The position numbers and the translations under genes are program-made. Shown here in pieces: positions 37,812 through 50,620 of a stretch of DNA of 64,000 nucleotides; positions within the stretch are counted from its first letter, which is position 1, and the number at the start of each line of letters is the position of its first letter. Source of the DNA: Mobula hypostoma (taxonomy: Eukaryota); assembly GCF_963921235.1 (NCBI RefSeq), contig NC_086097.1:10850001-10914000 (forward strand), in the 5' to 3' direction. The notes below the pieces were generated by a model. That model ran no database searches. It was not told the origin of the DNA and saw only the letters and a program-made list of their open reading frames with translations.

Positions 37812-38249
37812 CTTCCTCTTTCCCTATTGCACCATGGAACCAGGCTCTTTTTTTGAAATAAGATCTAAAACTTTATTTTAGATTTCCATCATATCCAATG
37901 GTTTGTTATTATAGCATGATTCTAGGTTTACCAGAGTCCACATTGAGCAAACAGTTACCCACTGCCTTTCAAAAAGTAGGCTGAGGAGGAAGATGTTGAA
38001 GACATCAATGTTATTCAGCTGCCATACCAAAAAAAAATCATTCTCAAATAGGTGCAGTCAATAAAACTAAAGGAAAAACATGATGGATGAGATGTTGCAT
38101 GCACCTTTGTAGTAATATCATTCATTCTCTATGTGCCATGTGCTTGTAGTAATATGGTGGATTTGTATCTGCAGGAGATATAAATAATGCATATCTTTCA
38201 TACAGATCAATTCATTATACTGGTGCATTAAGGTAGAATAAGAATGACT

Positions 38250-38595
38250 AATCATGGTCTTTCCATCACCATGATTGTTCTTGGCAAATTTTTCAACAGA
38301 AGTGGTTTGCCATTGGCTTCTTCCAGGCAGTGTATTTACAAGCGGGGTAACCCCAGCCATTAACAATACTCTTCAGAGATTGTCTGCCTGACGTCAGTGG
38401 TCGCATAACCAGGACTTGTGACATGCACCAGCTGCTCATACGACCATCCTCCACCTGGTCTCACGGCTTTACATGACCCTGATGAGGGGGCTAAGCAGGT
38501 GTTACACCTTACGTAAGGGTGACCTGCAGGCTAGCAGAAGGAAGGAGCTCCTTACACCTCCTTTGACAGAGATGTATCTCCACCCCTCCACCCAA
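38250..38595 (-). mobile_element. RTE-related non-autonomous retroposon
   Basis: Reverse complement of 4181-4560. Confidence 0.75.
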
Positions 38596-38879
38596 CTGAG
38601 GAAATGTAGTGGATTTATATATGCAAAATGAAGCCTCAAGGCTGACATTGTTTGTAAAAAAAAATTTTTTTTAAAGGCACAATGTTAAAGTAATGTAGAG
38701 CAAGCACAGTAATGTAAGTACTCCCAGAATACTTGGCTCTGATACTGAGTGTGATGTACGGACAATGTCTGGGTGAAGTAGTAGATGCTCTATATTTTAC
38801 CTGCCTAGAAATGGTCAATGCCAACACTAGTTAGTAAGAGAGTGAGAAATCCAGTTCATCAGAAAGGGAACGTTGAAAT

Positions 38880-39168
38880 CTTCCTCTTCTTCTTAACTGC
38901 ATCACTCCTACCGGGGCGTAGGCAGCCAACAGCAACTCAATAGAGTCCTCAGTCCTGGGTTGAAGGTTGATCGGCCTGGTGGCTTCCACTTTCACCACAT
39001 AACGTCATGCGTCTTCTAGGCGAAGGTCCTTCCTCTCCCTGGAATGAAGTCTTTGGAGCTTCCATTGGCGTTACTGTAGCTCTGGATTTTTAGGGGATGA
39101 GTTTGCGAGCCCCATACTCAAAACTCTGCCTTTCGCGTCTGGGCTTGGGACCATCCATGGTGGAGTTT
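38880..39168 (-). mobile_element. RTE-derived short non-autonomous element
   Basis: 5' 'ggtcccaagccc' motif and (aag)n tail on the minus strand; related to 28362-28608. Confidence 0.55.
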
Positions 39169-39699
39169 CAGAAAAATACTAGAAACAAGAGTTGGAGCAG
39201 GCCTAAGTAGCTGACAAAAAAATGTTTCATATCCATTACTGAGCTTGAAGTTGATATTGAAGGGAAAGGTTTGTCTGCCCCCCCATCTTAAAATCAATAT
39301 TTATAATTGCTGTTTGAAAAATAAAGCAATAAGAAAACTAATTCAAAAGTTAATCTTCTGTGCTGAATACAATTTAGCCAACCAGATAGAACCTTGACAG
39401 ATTAGGTCATCACAAGAAAACTAAATTATCTAACAGATGGTGTAAGAGGTATTTAAGGAAGATACAATTATATACGAAATATATTTTCTCTTTTATAATT
39501 TCATCTCATGACATTGCTAGGGACTAAGATAAGATGTACTAAGCCTTGCATTCAAATAACAAAATAGACTAGAAGGGTTTTTCTCATCCCTTCACAGTTA
39601 CATAAATTCTAGAAACCAAGACAGTAGCAGTAGCCATCACTTTAAGTAACAAAAACAAATCAAAATCTATCTGAAGTACTCAGCAGGTAAAATACTGTG

Positions 39700-39950
39700 A
39701 CCTATCGTTCACTTTCAAGGACTCTTCATCTCATGGTCTCGATAATCATTGTTTATTTATTTATTATTTTTTCTTTTGTATATGTATATCTTGTTGTCTC
39801 TTCTCTGTTGACCACTGACTGTCCTGTCGAGTGTCGTCTTTCATTGATTCCACTGTTTCTTAGATTTGCTGTGCATGCCTGCAAGAAAATGAATCTCAGT
39901 GTTGTATTCGGTGACATAGATTACTTCGATGATAAATTTACTTTGAAACG
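39700..39950 (+). mobile_element. Rex1/Babar-type 3' UTR fragment
   Basis: Shared 'aagaaaatgaatctcag...ataaatttactttgaa' tail. Confidence 0.7.
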
Positions 39951-40239
39951 TTTCTAATATTAAGTGTCTTCACTCCAGATCTCTGGCATCTGCAGTACTG
40001 CCCTTTGATAAATCTGAAATCCTTGACTGATTCACCCAGTCGTTTGTCAAATAACACTGAGACCAACTGAAGTGCTCGTTCTCCTTTCACTTAATCTACA
40101 ATAGATCTCTGACTGCTTGGAGACTGAGACATGCTCTCTGCTGCGAGACTTTTGATCTACAGTTATCTGCCTTCAGGGTGACCAAGAAAGACAAATTTTT
40201 CAGCAATTGATCTGAATCCAAATGGAATGCCAACATGGT

Positions 40240-40682
40240 ATGGAGCCACTCATTGTATGTCAGTCCACGGCCCCCTCGACTGCCACGATAATGGCACTCT
40301 CAGGTTGGAGAAGCAACACCTCATATTCCTTCTGGTCAGCCTCTAACCTGATGGCATGAACATCGACATCTCTAGCTTCCGGTAATTTTCCCCCTCCCTC
40401 TCTCCCTCTTCTTCAATTCTCCACTGGTCCCTTTCTTATTTCTTCTTTCCACCTCACCTGCCATCACCCCCTACCACCCAGTGTCCCTGCTTCTTCCCTT
40501 TCTCTCATGGTCCACCCTCATCTCCTTTCAGATTCCTTCCTCCCCTTCCCTTTACCATTTTCACCTGCCACAGCCCAGCTTCTTACGTCATCCCCCTACC
40601 TACCCACCTGTCTTCACCAATCAACAGAGCTTGTGCTCCTTCCCCTCCCCAACCTTCTTGTTCTCCCGTCTTCTCCCTTTTT
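40240..40682 (+). mobile_element. Penelope-like 3' fragment
   Basis: 'caacacctcatattcc...ctgatggcatgaacatcgac' homologous to 13080-13300. Confidence 0.75.
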
Positions 40683-40684
40683 TA

Positions 40685-41605
40685 TACGAACTGGAAGAGG
40701 GTACTGAGTGTAGTGTATCTAAGTTTACAGATTATACTAAATTGAGTGGAAAAGCAAATTGTGCAGAAGATATGGAGAAGATATAGAAAGGTTAAGTGAG
40801 TGGGAAAGGGTCTGGCAGATGGAGTAAAATGTTGGTAAATGCAAGGTCATCCACTTTGGAAGGAAAATGAAAGAGCAGATTAACGTTTAAATGGTAAAAA
40901 AAAAAACTGCAGCATGCTGAGCAGAGGGACTTGGGAGTGCTTGTGCACGAATCACAAAAGGTTGATTTGTAGGTGCAGCAAGCTATCAAGAAGGCAAATG
41001 GAATGCTGACCTTCATTGCTAGAGGAATTGAATTTAAGAGCAGGGAGGCTATGCTGCAACTGTATAGAGTAATGGTGAGGCTGCACCTGGAGTGCTGCGT
41101 GTAGTTCTGGTCTCCTTACTCGAGGAAGGCTTTGGAGGCAGTGCAGAGGAGGTTCACCAGGTTAATTCCAGAGATGAGGAGTTAGAATATGAGGAGAGAT
41201 TGAGTCACCTTGGACTGTACTCATTGGAATTCAGAGAGGAGATCTTATAGAAACATAGAGGCAGGAAAGTTGTTTCCACTGTTAGATGAGAGTAGAACTA
41301 GGGAACAAGGGGACATAGCCTCAAGATTTGGGGGTGTAGATTTAGGATGGAGATGAGGAGGAACTGCTTTTCCCAGAGAATGGTGAATCTGGGGAATTCT
41401 CTGCCCAATGAAGCAGTGGAGGCTACATCAGTTGATATCCAAACAAGGTTGGATAGGATTTTGCATAGCAGGGGAACTAAAGGTTATGGGGAAAAGTCAG
41501 GTAGGTGGAGATGAGTCCATGGCCAGATCAGCCATGATCTTACTGAATGGCGGAGCAGGCTTGACGGGCTAGGTGGCCGACTCCTGCTCCTATTTCTTAT
41601 GTTCT
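40685..41605 (+). mobile_element. CR1 LINE 3' portion
   Basis: SKFTDYTKLSG (decayed FADD motif) through to the CR1 tail. Confidence 0.9.
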
Positions 41606-41610
41606 TTTCC

Positions 41611-41742
41611 AAACCTGATGAAGATTGTCATCCCAAAACATCGACTGTTTATTCATTTCCATAGATGCTGCCTGACGCCTGACCTGCTGTGTTCCTCCAG
41701 TATTTTGTGTGTGTTGCTCTGGATCTGCAGAATCTCAATGTT
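41611..41742 (+). mobile_element. Short Penelope terminus starting at the hammerhead core
   Basis: 'cctgatgaag...aaaacatcgactg...gttcctccagtattttgtgtgtgttgc'. Confidence 0.7.
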
Positions 41743-42599
41743 CATGGTCTGGAGCCTGTGTGATGCCAGGATCCGTGTTGGCTGAAGGTGATGAGCACTG
41801 AACAGCAAGTCTCCTTAGTGTAGCTGAATATCCCAGAGTGCTACAGAAACTTCCAAACTAAAGAAGAAAGGATATTTCGGAGAACTGGTTGAGAATCGAT
41901 CTTAAAGCACTTGGGTGGGAAGGTAAGTGGAATAATTGGAGATTCGTGCAGGGCAACAAAGGAGCAAAAATTAAATGCTCATAAAACAGCGTATCTAATT
42001 TACTGTCTAATTAAATTCATAGGGATAACCAATTAAGATCTGCCCTATGCTAATACTATTGCAAAGAGGCAGCTAATATATTTAAGAAGCTGTGGATAGT
42101 TTTTTTGAATGCTATAAAATGGGTAATTATATTGCTGATAAGGCAAAGGTGCAATTGCACTAGAGACACGACTGGCAACTCAAAATTCCAGGATATAGAA
42201 TCTTTAAGTACATTAGTGGGGATGTAAAAGAGATGATAGTACTGCAGTTTTAATCAGTGAGTCTATTATTGCAGTAAGGAGGTAGGATATCCAAGAAAAT
42301 TCTTTGATGAGGACATGTGAATAGCACCTAGAGAACAAAAGGGAGCAATCATAGGTAGATACGGGGCAAAAGAGAGATGTTTGTACATTGGCCTTCAAAA
42401 ATCTGAGTACTGGGTGCACAAACTGGGATGTTATGTCAAAGATGTATAGAATTATTTATTTATTTAATGATACACCACAGGATAGGTCTTTATGGATCTT
42501 CGAGCCACACCACCTCAGTTACATGTGACAAACCCAATTAACCCTAACATGACCATGGAACAATTTACAATGACAAATTAACCTACCCGTTAAACTTCA

Positions 42600-43302
42600 A
42601 TCATCTCTGCTCTGCCATCATCCTTACTGGTGTCCTCCTCCATTCTACTTGGGCAAGCGCCTCTCTCATGGTTCTGTAATTCCCTTTATTCCATTGCAAT
42701 ACAAATACATATGATTTATGCTTCTCCCTCTCAAATTACAGTAGGAATTCAATCATATGATAGTCACTGCCTTCTAAGAGTTCCTTTATGTTAAATTCCC
42801 CAATAAGATCTGGGTTATTACACAACACACAACCTAAGATAACCTTTCCTCGAGTAGGCTCAAGCACAAGCTACTCTAAAAAGCCATCTCATAGGCATTC
42901 AACAAATTCCCTCTCTTGCAGTCGGACACCAACCTGATTTTTCCAATCACCTTCTATATTGAATTCTACCATTACAATTGTGTCATTACGCTTATTACAT
43001 GCCTTTTTCAGCTTCCTTTTCAATCTCAACCCCACATTTTGGCTACTATTTGGAGGCCTATATATGATTCCCATATATTTTTTTCACCCTTGCAATTTCT
43101 TAACTCCACCCACAAAGATTCAACATTCTCTGACCCTCTGTCACCTCTTTCTAAAGATTTAATTCTATCTCTCACCAACAGAGCCATATCACAGTCTATG
43201 CCTCCTGCCTGTCCTTTCGATACAAAGTATATCCTTTGATGTTAAGCCTCCAACTATGGCCTTCTTTCAACCACAACTCAGTGATGCCCACAACGTCATA
43301 CC
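42600..43302 (-). mobile_element. CR1 APE endonuclease fragment
   Basis: MGIIYRPPNSS...QEREFVECL. Confidence 0.85.
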
Positions 43303-45595
43303 GTAAGACCATAAGACAAAGGTGCAGAAGTCAGCCATTCAGCCCATCGAGTCTGCTCCGCCATTTTATCATGAGCTGATCCATTCTCCCATTTAGTCCC
43401 ACACCCCCGCCTTCTCACCATAACCCTGGCTACTCAGATACCTATCAATCTCTGCCTTAAATACACCCAATGACTTGGCCTCCACTGCCACTTGTGGCAA
43501 CAAATTCCATAGATTTACCACCCTCTGGCTAAAAAAAATTCTTTGCATCTCTGTTCTGAATGGGCATCCTTCAATCTGTAAGTCATACCCTCTCGTACTA
43601 GACTCCCCCATCACGGGAAACAACTTTGCCACATTCACTCTGTCCATGCCTTTCAACATTCGAAATGTTTCTGAGGTCTCCTCTCATTCTTCTAAACTCC
43701 AAGGAATATAGTCCAAGAGCGGACAAATGTTCCTCATATGTTAACCATCTCATTCCCGGAATCATTCTAGTGAATCTTCTCTGTACCCTCTCCAATGTCA
43801 GCACATCCTTTCTTAAATAAGGAGACCAAATCTGCCCGCAGTACTCCAAATGAGGTCTCACCAGTGCCTTATAGAGCCTCAACATCACATCACTTCTCCT
43901 ATACTCTATTCCTCTAGAAATGAATGCCAACATTGCATTTGCCTTCTTCACCACCAACTCAACCTGGAAGTTAACCTTAAGGGTATCCTGTACGATGACT
44001 CCCAAGTCCCATTGCATCTCAGAACTTTGAATTCTCTCCCCATTTAAATAATAGTCTGCCCGTTTATTTCTTCTGCCAAAGTGCATAACCATAAACTTTC
44101 CAACATTGTATTTCATTTGCCACTTCTTTGCCCATTCTTCCAATCTATCCAAGTCTTTCTGCAGACTCTCCGTTTCCTCAGCACTACCGGCCCCTCCACC
44201 TATCTTTGTATCATCAGCAAACTTAGCCACAAAGCCACCTATTCCATAATCCAAATCGTTGATGTACAATATAAAAAGAAGCGGCCCCAACACGGACCCC
44301 TGTGGAAAACCACTGGTGACCGGCAGCCAACCAGAATAGGATCCCTTTACTCCCACTCTCTGTATCCTGCCAATCAGCAATGCTCTATCCACAAATGCAA
44401 CTTTCCCGTAATTCCATGGGCTTTTATCTTGTTAAGTAGCCTCATATGTGGCACCTTATCAAAAGCCTTCTGAAAATCCAAATATACAACACCCACTACA
44501 TCTCCCTTGTCTAGCCTACTTGTAATTTCCTCAAAAAATTGTAATAGGTTTGTCAGGCAGGATTTTCCTTTAAGGAATCCATGCTGAGTTCTGCCTATCT
44601 TGTCATATATGTAGCCCCCCGGCCAAGCCTCAGGGTCGCTCGGCTCGCTGTCATCTAGGGAAACAGCCCTCAGCCCCGGCAAACTGGGTAATCACTTTGT
44701 GTGGATACTGTGTGATGTACCCCACCCCGACCAAATAACAGACAATACACCAGATATGATTAAATGATTTACAGTTTATAGATATTACTGGAACTATATA
44801 ATTAATAGAGAATAAAATGTAAAAGGAAAATAAAAGGCACCACACTTATCAAAGTTCTATCTCTTCGTGCACAAACAGTTGGAGCTCAGGACCCTTCTTC
44901 TTCACCCTGCAACCCCTCAGACGTCCTCGACCGGCCAACTGGGACCAACGACGGTGGTCGACCAGACGCTCCACACGAGTCCAGCTCTGTCTCCTCTCTT
45001 CGTCGAACGCCCCGCTCAGGGTCTGACCCCGTTAGTGGACTCGCAGCACCTGGTCCATCCTCTGTTTCTCTCTCTCCCGCCTTCTGTGCCAAAACCCCGC
45101 GCATACAATATCTTCAGACACACTAAAAGCATAACAACTATCCCAATTGGTTCGTAACACCTTTCTTATCAGTAACATGATGCAAACAAACTGTTAGCGG
45201 GAGAACTTTCTCAGCAGTTAACATAACAAAGAAGCTCTTTCAATTATAACATAACAAAGAAGCCATTTTAATTAGACTACACAGTGACGAGAAAAAGAAA
45301 CCCACTTACATATGCCTCCAGGTACTCTGTAACCTCATCCTTGACAATCGACTCCAACAACTTCCCAACCACCGATGTCAAGCTAACAGGTCTATAATTT
45401 CGTTTTTGCTTCCTTGCCCCCTTCTTAAATAGCGGAGTGACATTTGTAATCTTCCAGTCCTCCGGAACCATGCCAGAATCTATCGACTTTTGAAAGATCA
45501 TCACTAATGCCTCTGCAATCTCCACAGCTACTTCCTTCAGAACACGAAGGTGCATTCCATCTGGTCCAGTAGATTTATCTACCTTTAGATATTCA
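43303..45595 (-). mobile_element. CR1 LINE (RT to tail), interrupted by a solo LTR
   Basis: VTSGFPQGSVLGPLLFILYINDLD, KFADDTK, RPHLEYCGQIWSPY. Confidence 0.95.
44610..45310. mobile_element. Solo LTR, family C
   Basis: TGTAG...CTTACA; TSD TATA/TATG; the CR1 resumes on both sides. Confidence 0.85.
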
Positions 45596-45734
45596 GCTTG
45601 AGTACCCCACTACACTTCCTATAATCTCGTGGAGCTTTCCTGCATTCAATACTCCAAACTTGTCATGAGCTATCTTTATGTTATCTAACTCCCAATGTTT
45701 CCTGACGTCTCTTGTTGACGTTCCGCAGTCAGAA

Positions 45735-45948
45735 GTTGGTGGGAGTGTGGAACAAGCAGCCAGTGCAAGTGGTGCATGCAAGCTCAATTTCAACATTTAA
45801 GAGAAATATTGATAGGTACATGGATGGATGGAGTATGAAGGGCTATGGTCTGGGTGCGGGTCTATGGAAGTAGGCAATTTAAACGGTTCAGCACGGGCTA
45901 AATGGGCCAACAAGCCTGTTTCTGCGCTGTACGTTTCTGTAACTCTGT
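45735..45948 (+). mobile_element. CR1 tail fragment
   Basis: Homologous to 30370-30565. Confidence 0.75.
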
Positions 45949-46539
45949 GACCTTGACCTTTATCCTTATGGGAGCCCACTGGCACGAAACAATGACTATA
46001 TCATTCCTTGACTGACTTCCATGGTTATCTCTAAACTTGCCCGCAGATGACTGCATCCACTCCACTTTTGCCAGAATCTGTCTTATGATATTAAAATCAT
46101 CTTGTTTTTGTTTTTCTTAGCTATTCTGAAACTTTCTGCTCTCTGTATAATATTCTCCCACTGACACTCCCACCACTTTCTTCGGATACTGTGGAGATTC
46201 GGCATGACATCTGGAATTTTGAGAAACTTCTATGGATGTGTGGAGGAGCGTGGATTGACTGGCTGAATTATGGCCTGGTACAGAAACACCAATGCCTTTG
46301 GATGGAAAATCCTACATAAGGTACTGGATTTAGCTCATTTGGCCCTTCCAGCCACTGAGCACATCTACATCATATGCTGTCGTAGGAAAGCAGCATCCAT
46401 CATCAGAGATCCCCCATCATTCAGGTCATACTGTTTTCTCGCTGCTGCCATCAGGTAGAAGGTACAAGAGCCTCAGAACTCATACCACCCAGTTCATGAA
46501 CAGTTAATACCCCACAACCATCAGGCTCTTGAATGAAAG

Positions 46540-47731
46540 TGTTATAAGGGGCGCACTGGTAGCAGACCCGAATGCAAGACACAGATGCTGCAGTTCTAGG
46601 AACAGGACTAGGTTTGTCAAGAAAGCAAGGAGAGTCAGGAAGAAACTACGCTGGAATTGACACAGGCCCTGGACGAGACTAGGATTCAGGCCCTGGGCTG
46701 GGACTTGGGCTAGAAGCACAGGACCTGGACGTGGAACTAGGAACAAGGAGCCTGGACTAGGAACTCGGAACTCCGGAACCAGAGTCTGGACAAGGAATCG
46801 GAACCCGGGTCTTGACGCGGAACCGGAACCCGGGTCTAGGCTAGGACTTGGGACTAGGATCTTGGCAAGGACAGGACGAGGTACTCCAGCACAGGACAAA
46901 GAATCCCCCGGACTGCACGAGGAACTCCTGGGCTGGGATTGGCTCGGCTCTTGGACTCGGCTTGGTTAGGCAGTTGGGTACGGAGCCAGGACTCCTCCTT
47001 GGAGTGCAGGGCCAGGACCCTTTCTTGGATGCAGGGCCGGGATGACTGCCGAGGATTCTTGCCAAGGGAAATTGCCGAGATAAACTGCCGAGGATTCGGA
47101 TGGGGATGATCCAGCACCAGATGAGGACGCAAAGCTCAGACTTGGACAGGGCTGGAACATGGTGCGTGGACTTGGTCTTGGAACACAGGAACACAGAGCC
47201 TTGGACTTGAGCACAGGAACACAGAACACAGAGCCAGGACCCCTCCTTGGGAAACAGACTTAGGGCTGGGGCTCTACACAGAGTCAGGACGCCTCCTTGG
47301 GAACAGGACATAGGGCCGGGACTCTTCTTTGACATGGACACTAAACACAGGGACATAAAGTGACAGTTCCAAACTCAACGATAGATAGTTCCTTATCTTG
47401 GCGTGGCAAGGCTCCGGTCTCACTCTGGCAGTTGAACTTGATGGCAATTCAGACGAGGACACAGGCGAGGTTACAGACAAAGGTTACGGACAAAGTAACT
47501 GTTGAGATAAATTGCCAAAGTAACTGCCAGGGATTCAGATGGGGAGGGGAAGGGAACAGTCCAGCAGGAAATCCTTCGTTTGAAGAGGTATTTATGTGCC
47601 AGCCCAAAATGAGAATCAGGTGCCTCAATTAAGGTACCCAATGGAACCAGGGAAAACAGGAAAACCCGGAATAAGGATCGATGGACCAGACTGTGAACCG
47701 GAATGCAGACGTCACGGACTGGACCATGACA
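46540..47731. mobile_element. Long solo LTR, family B, with internal short repeats
   Basis: TGTTAT...GGACCATGACA; perfect 5-bp TSD GAAAG at 46535-46539 and 47732-47736. Confidence 0.85.
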
Positions 47732-47770
47732 GAAAGAGAACAACTACACTCACTTGACCATCTATTGAGA

Positions 47771-48600
47771 TGATAGATAGATAGATAGATAGATAGATAT
47801 ACTTCATTAATCCTGAGGGAAATTTGGTTTTGTTACAGCCGCACCAACCAAGAATAGAGCGTAAATATAGCAATACAAAAAGCCCCAACAATCAAACAAC
47901 AAAATGCAAACTATGCCAGATGGAAAATAAGTCCAGGACCAGTCTATTGGTTCAGGGTGTCTGACCCTCCACGGGAGGAGCTGCACGTTTGGTGGCCACA
48001 GGCAGGAACGACCTCCTGTACCGCCAAGTGTTGTATCACGGTGGAATGTGGCCAAAGTCCAACAGCAAAAAGTTCAATATCCAGTCTGCAAACACGTTCC
48101 TCGATCGTAATATGCCCGGATTGCACCATCTGTTGTTAACCAGATCAGTAAGCACCCAACTCCTTTACGCTTACTGCTCTCAGTGCACCTCCGGTCAGCC
48201 GGAACGGTATTACCCACTGAACTCCTCTTCTCCAAAAGTCTCTGTTGTTTCGACCCGTTCCTTTTTCCTCGGCTTTGTGATCTCCCTCTGTGTGTTTTCC
48301 TCTGGATTTCAGCAGAGGTGTCCACCGCTCTGCTCGCTAAACCGGTCGGTATTTGCTGGTTCGTGGAATACACAATGCGACCTTGTTTCTGTCCCGCGTG
48401 TCGGGATGTAACCATTTTCAGCGCTAAGGAAAACCCAAATAAAACTCTCTCTACCAGCATGTTAGAGAGGGTGCAGCTTCGATGCGTTACCGTGAGAAAA
48501 AAAAAACAAAAAATAACGTAAATTGAAAAGTAATAAGAAGAAAGTAAGAATAGATTGGAACGGTTGTACCAGGCTGCATGCACGACCGGAGCATGCGCAC
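47771..48600 (-). mobile_element. Internally deleted Rex1/Babar-like LINE derivative
   Basis: (gata)n tail; APE-like remnants (TVPADRRCTESSKRKG, GHITIEERVCRLDIELFAVGL) joined directly to the 3' end. Confidence 0.7.
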
Positions 48601-49165
48601 TAACCCATAATCAACTATCTCACTTTAAGGATTCTTTATCCTGGTATCTCATGTTCTCATTATTTATTAGAATTTATTTATATTTGCATTTGCACAGTTT
48701 GTTGTCTTCTGCACTCTGGTTGATTTTTCATTGATCCTGTTACAGTTACTATTCTACAGATTTGTTTGGTATGCCCACAGGAAGATGAATCACAGGATTA
48801 TATATGGTGAGATTATGTACTCTGATAATAAAATTTTCTTTGAGTTTTGAACATGCCCCACTCCAAAAATAAGGAGCCGGTCCAGGACTGCTTCCTCTTC
48901 CATTGTGGGACTATGCTCCTCCTGGATGGATTTACTCACTCTAACAGTCTAGGCATGTTATTTTAAGGCAATCCCATTTAATTCTGGAGAAAATGAAATT
49001 TTCTACCATTATAATCCCATGGATTTTATGCTTCTTTATGATTTTTCTACTTAACTGCTCCTCTTCTAATGATTGCTTCCTGTTTAGAGGCTAGTGGTTT
49101 GACCTGAAGCATAGGAACTAGAGTCATACAGCACTACAGGACAGAAACCGACCATTTGGCCCATA

Positions 49166-49850
49166 TAGATTAGATTATGAGGACACGCAGTCCTCTTTTA
49201 TTGTCATTTAGTAATGCCTTTGCATTAAGAAATAATACAATGTTCCTCCAATGTGATATCACAGAAACACAAGACAGACCGAGATTGAAAAACTGACAAA
49301 AACCACATAATTATAACATATAGTTACAACAGTGCAAGCAATACCGTAATTTGATGAAGAACAGGCCATGGGCACGGTTAAAAAAAAGTCTCAAAGTCTC
49401 TCGAAAGTCCCATTATCTCACGCAGACGGTAGAAGGAAGAAAACTCTCCCTGCCATGAGCTTCCAGCGCCGCAAACTTGCTGATACAGCGTCCTGGAAGC
49501 ACCCGACCACAGTCCGACTCCGAGTCCGTCTGAAAACTTCGAGCCTCCGACCAGCCCTCCGACACTGAGCACCGAGCACCATCTCTGCCAAGTACTTCGA
49601 CCCCAGCCCCGGCCGCCAGTAACAGGCAAAGCTGAGGATTTGGGGCCTTCCCCTCCGGAGATTTTCGATCGCACAGTAGCAGCAGCAGCAGCAAACCGGG
49701 CATTTCAGAAGTTACTCCAGATGTTCCTCTGTGCTTCTCACGTCTGTCTCCATCAAATCAGAATTGTGCACAGCATCCTACTTACAAATATGATATTATT
49801 CACCGGAGAGGTGGCACGCGCTGCGTCGTGCCGCCATCTTCTCCTCCCTC
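49166..49850 (-). mobile_element. Non-autonomous retroposon, (aatct)n tail, GGAGAAGATGGCG 5' end
   Basis: Colinear with 55097-55720 and 57108-57772. Confidence 0.85.
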
Positions 49851-50374
49851 CTTCCTATAATAAATATACTATTTATTATATGATAGTATATAATAAACTA
49901 TTATGCTTCCTAGTCTCACCAACTTGCACTAAGAGTATAGCCCTCCATGCTCCTCCCATCCAAGTTCAAGCTCAAGTTTAACTGTTAATCAGCGATACAT
50001 GAATATCCATGAATACAGCCAAATGAAACAGTGTTTTTCTGAAGCTAAGGATCAAAACACAGTTCTGACAGTCATATACAGCACAGGGCACATATAAGAC
50101 AGTAGTAAAATACAGTCACACAAAAAAATACAGTCCAAGTCCCTGAGTCTATGAATGTTGCAGCAGTCTTTAGTTGAACACAATACATCTTGCCTTCTGC
50201 CGAGCAAACACTGGAGGCAACACCAACTCCAGCAGGTACGCTACACCATGCTGCTTCCACTGGAGTGCACTGACTATTACACCTCTCCCCTGGGTGGCTG
50301 CAAATAGGCAATACTGCAGGTTGAGGACTAGTCCTCGTTACAGGTCTAGTAACGAGGCCTGTACTCGTTACAGA

Positions 50375-50620
50375 GAGTTAAATTGTAACAAAGAGGAAAA
50401 ATTCAAAAGGATGAAGAATGCGGGACTGAAGATACTGTATTTAAACGCGCATAGCATTCGGAATTAGGTAAAAGACAGGTTAGAGTAGATATAGGACCGA
50501 TAGAAAATGATGCTGGAGAAATTGTAATGGGAGATAAGAAGATGGCAGAGGAACTGAACGAGTATTTTGTATCAGTCTTCACTGAGGAAGACATCAGCAG
50601 TATACTGGACATTCGAAGGT
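50375..50620 (+). mobile_element. Fused CR1 fragments
   Basis: GLKILYLNAHSIRN joined to DIGPIENDAGEIVMGDKKMAEELNEYF. Confidence 0.75.

Larger units (their letters stand above)
33824..37855 (-). mobile_element. Long CR1 LINE (ORF1 esterase part, ORF2 APE-RT and tail), decayed
   Basis: APE: LRVLYLNARSIRNK, DVVAIYETWL, VVYRPP, IIIGDFN, DHNMIEF; RT and C-terminal motifs; CR1 tail. Confidence 0.95.
46185..48852 (+). mobile_element. Rex1/Babar-like 3' fragment split by two insertions
   Basis: AWYRNTNA...RRKAASIIRDP; the UTR resumes at 47737 and 48601; shared tail at 48780-48850. Confidence 0.75.

Noticed and set aside
39575..39695. Candidate exon (pyrimidine tract-CAG ... CAG/GTAAAA)
   Set aside because: All three frames contain stop codons.
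46504..47480. Overlapping Pro/Gly/Ser-rich ORFs as a novel gene
   Set aside because: They lie in a low-complexity LTR interior bounded by TG...CA and a 5-bp TSD.
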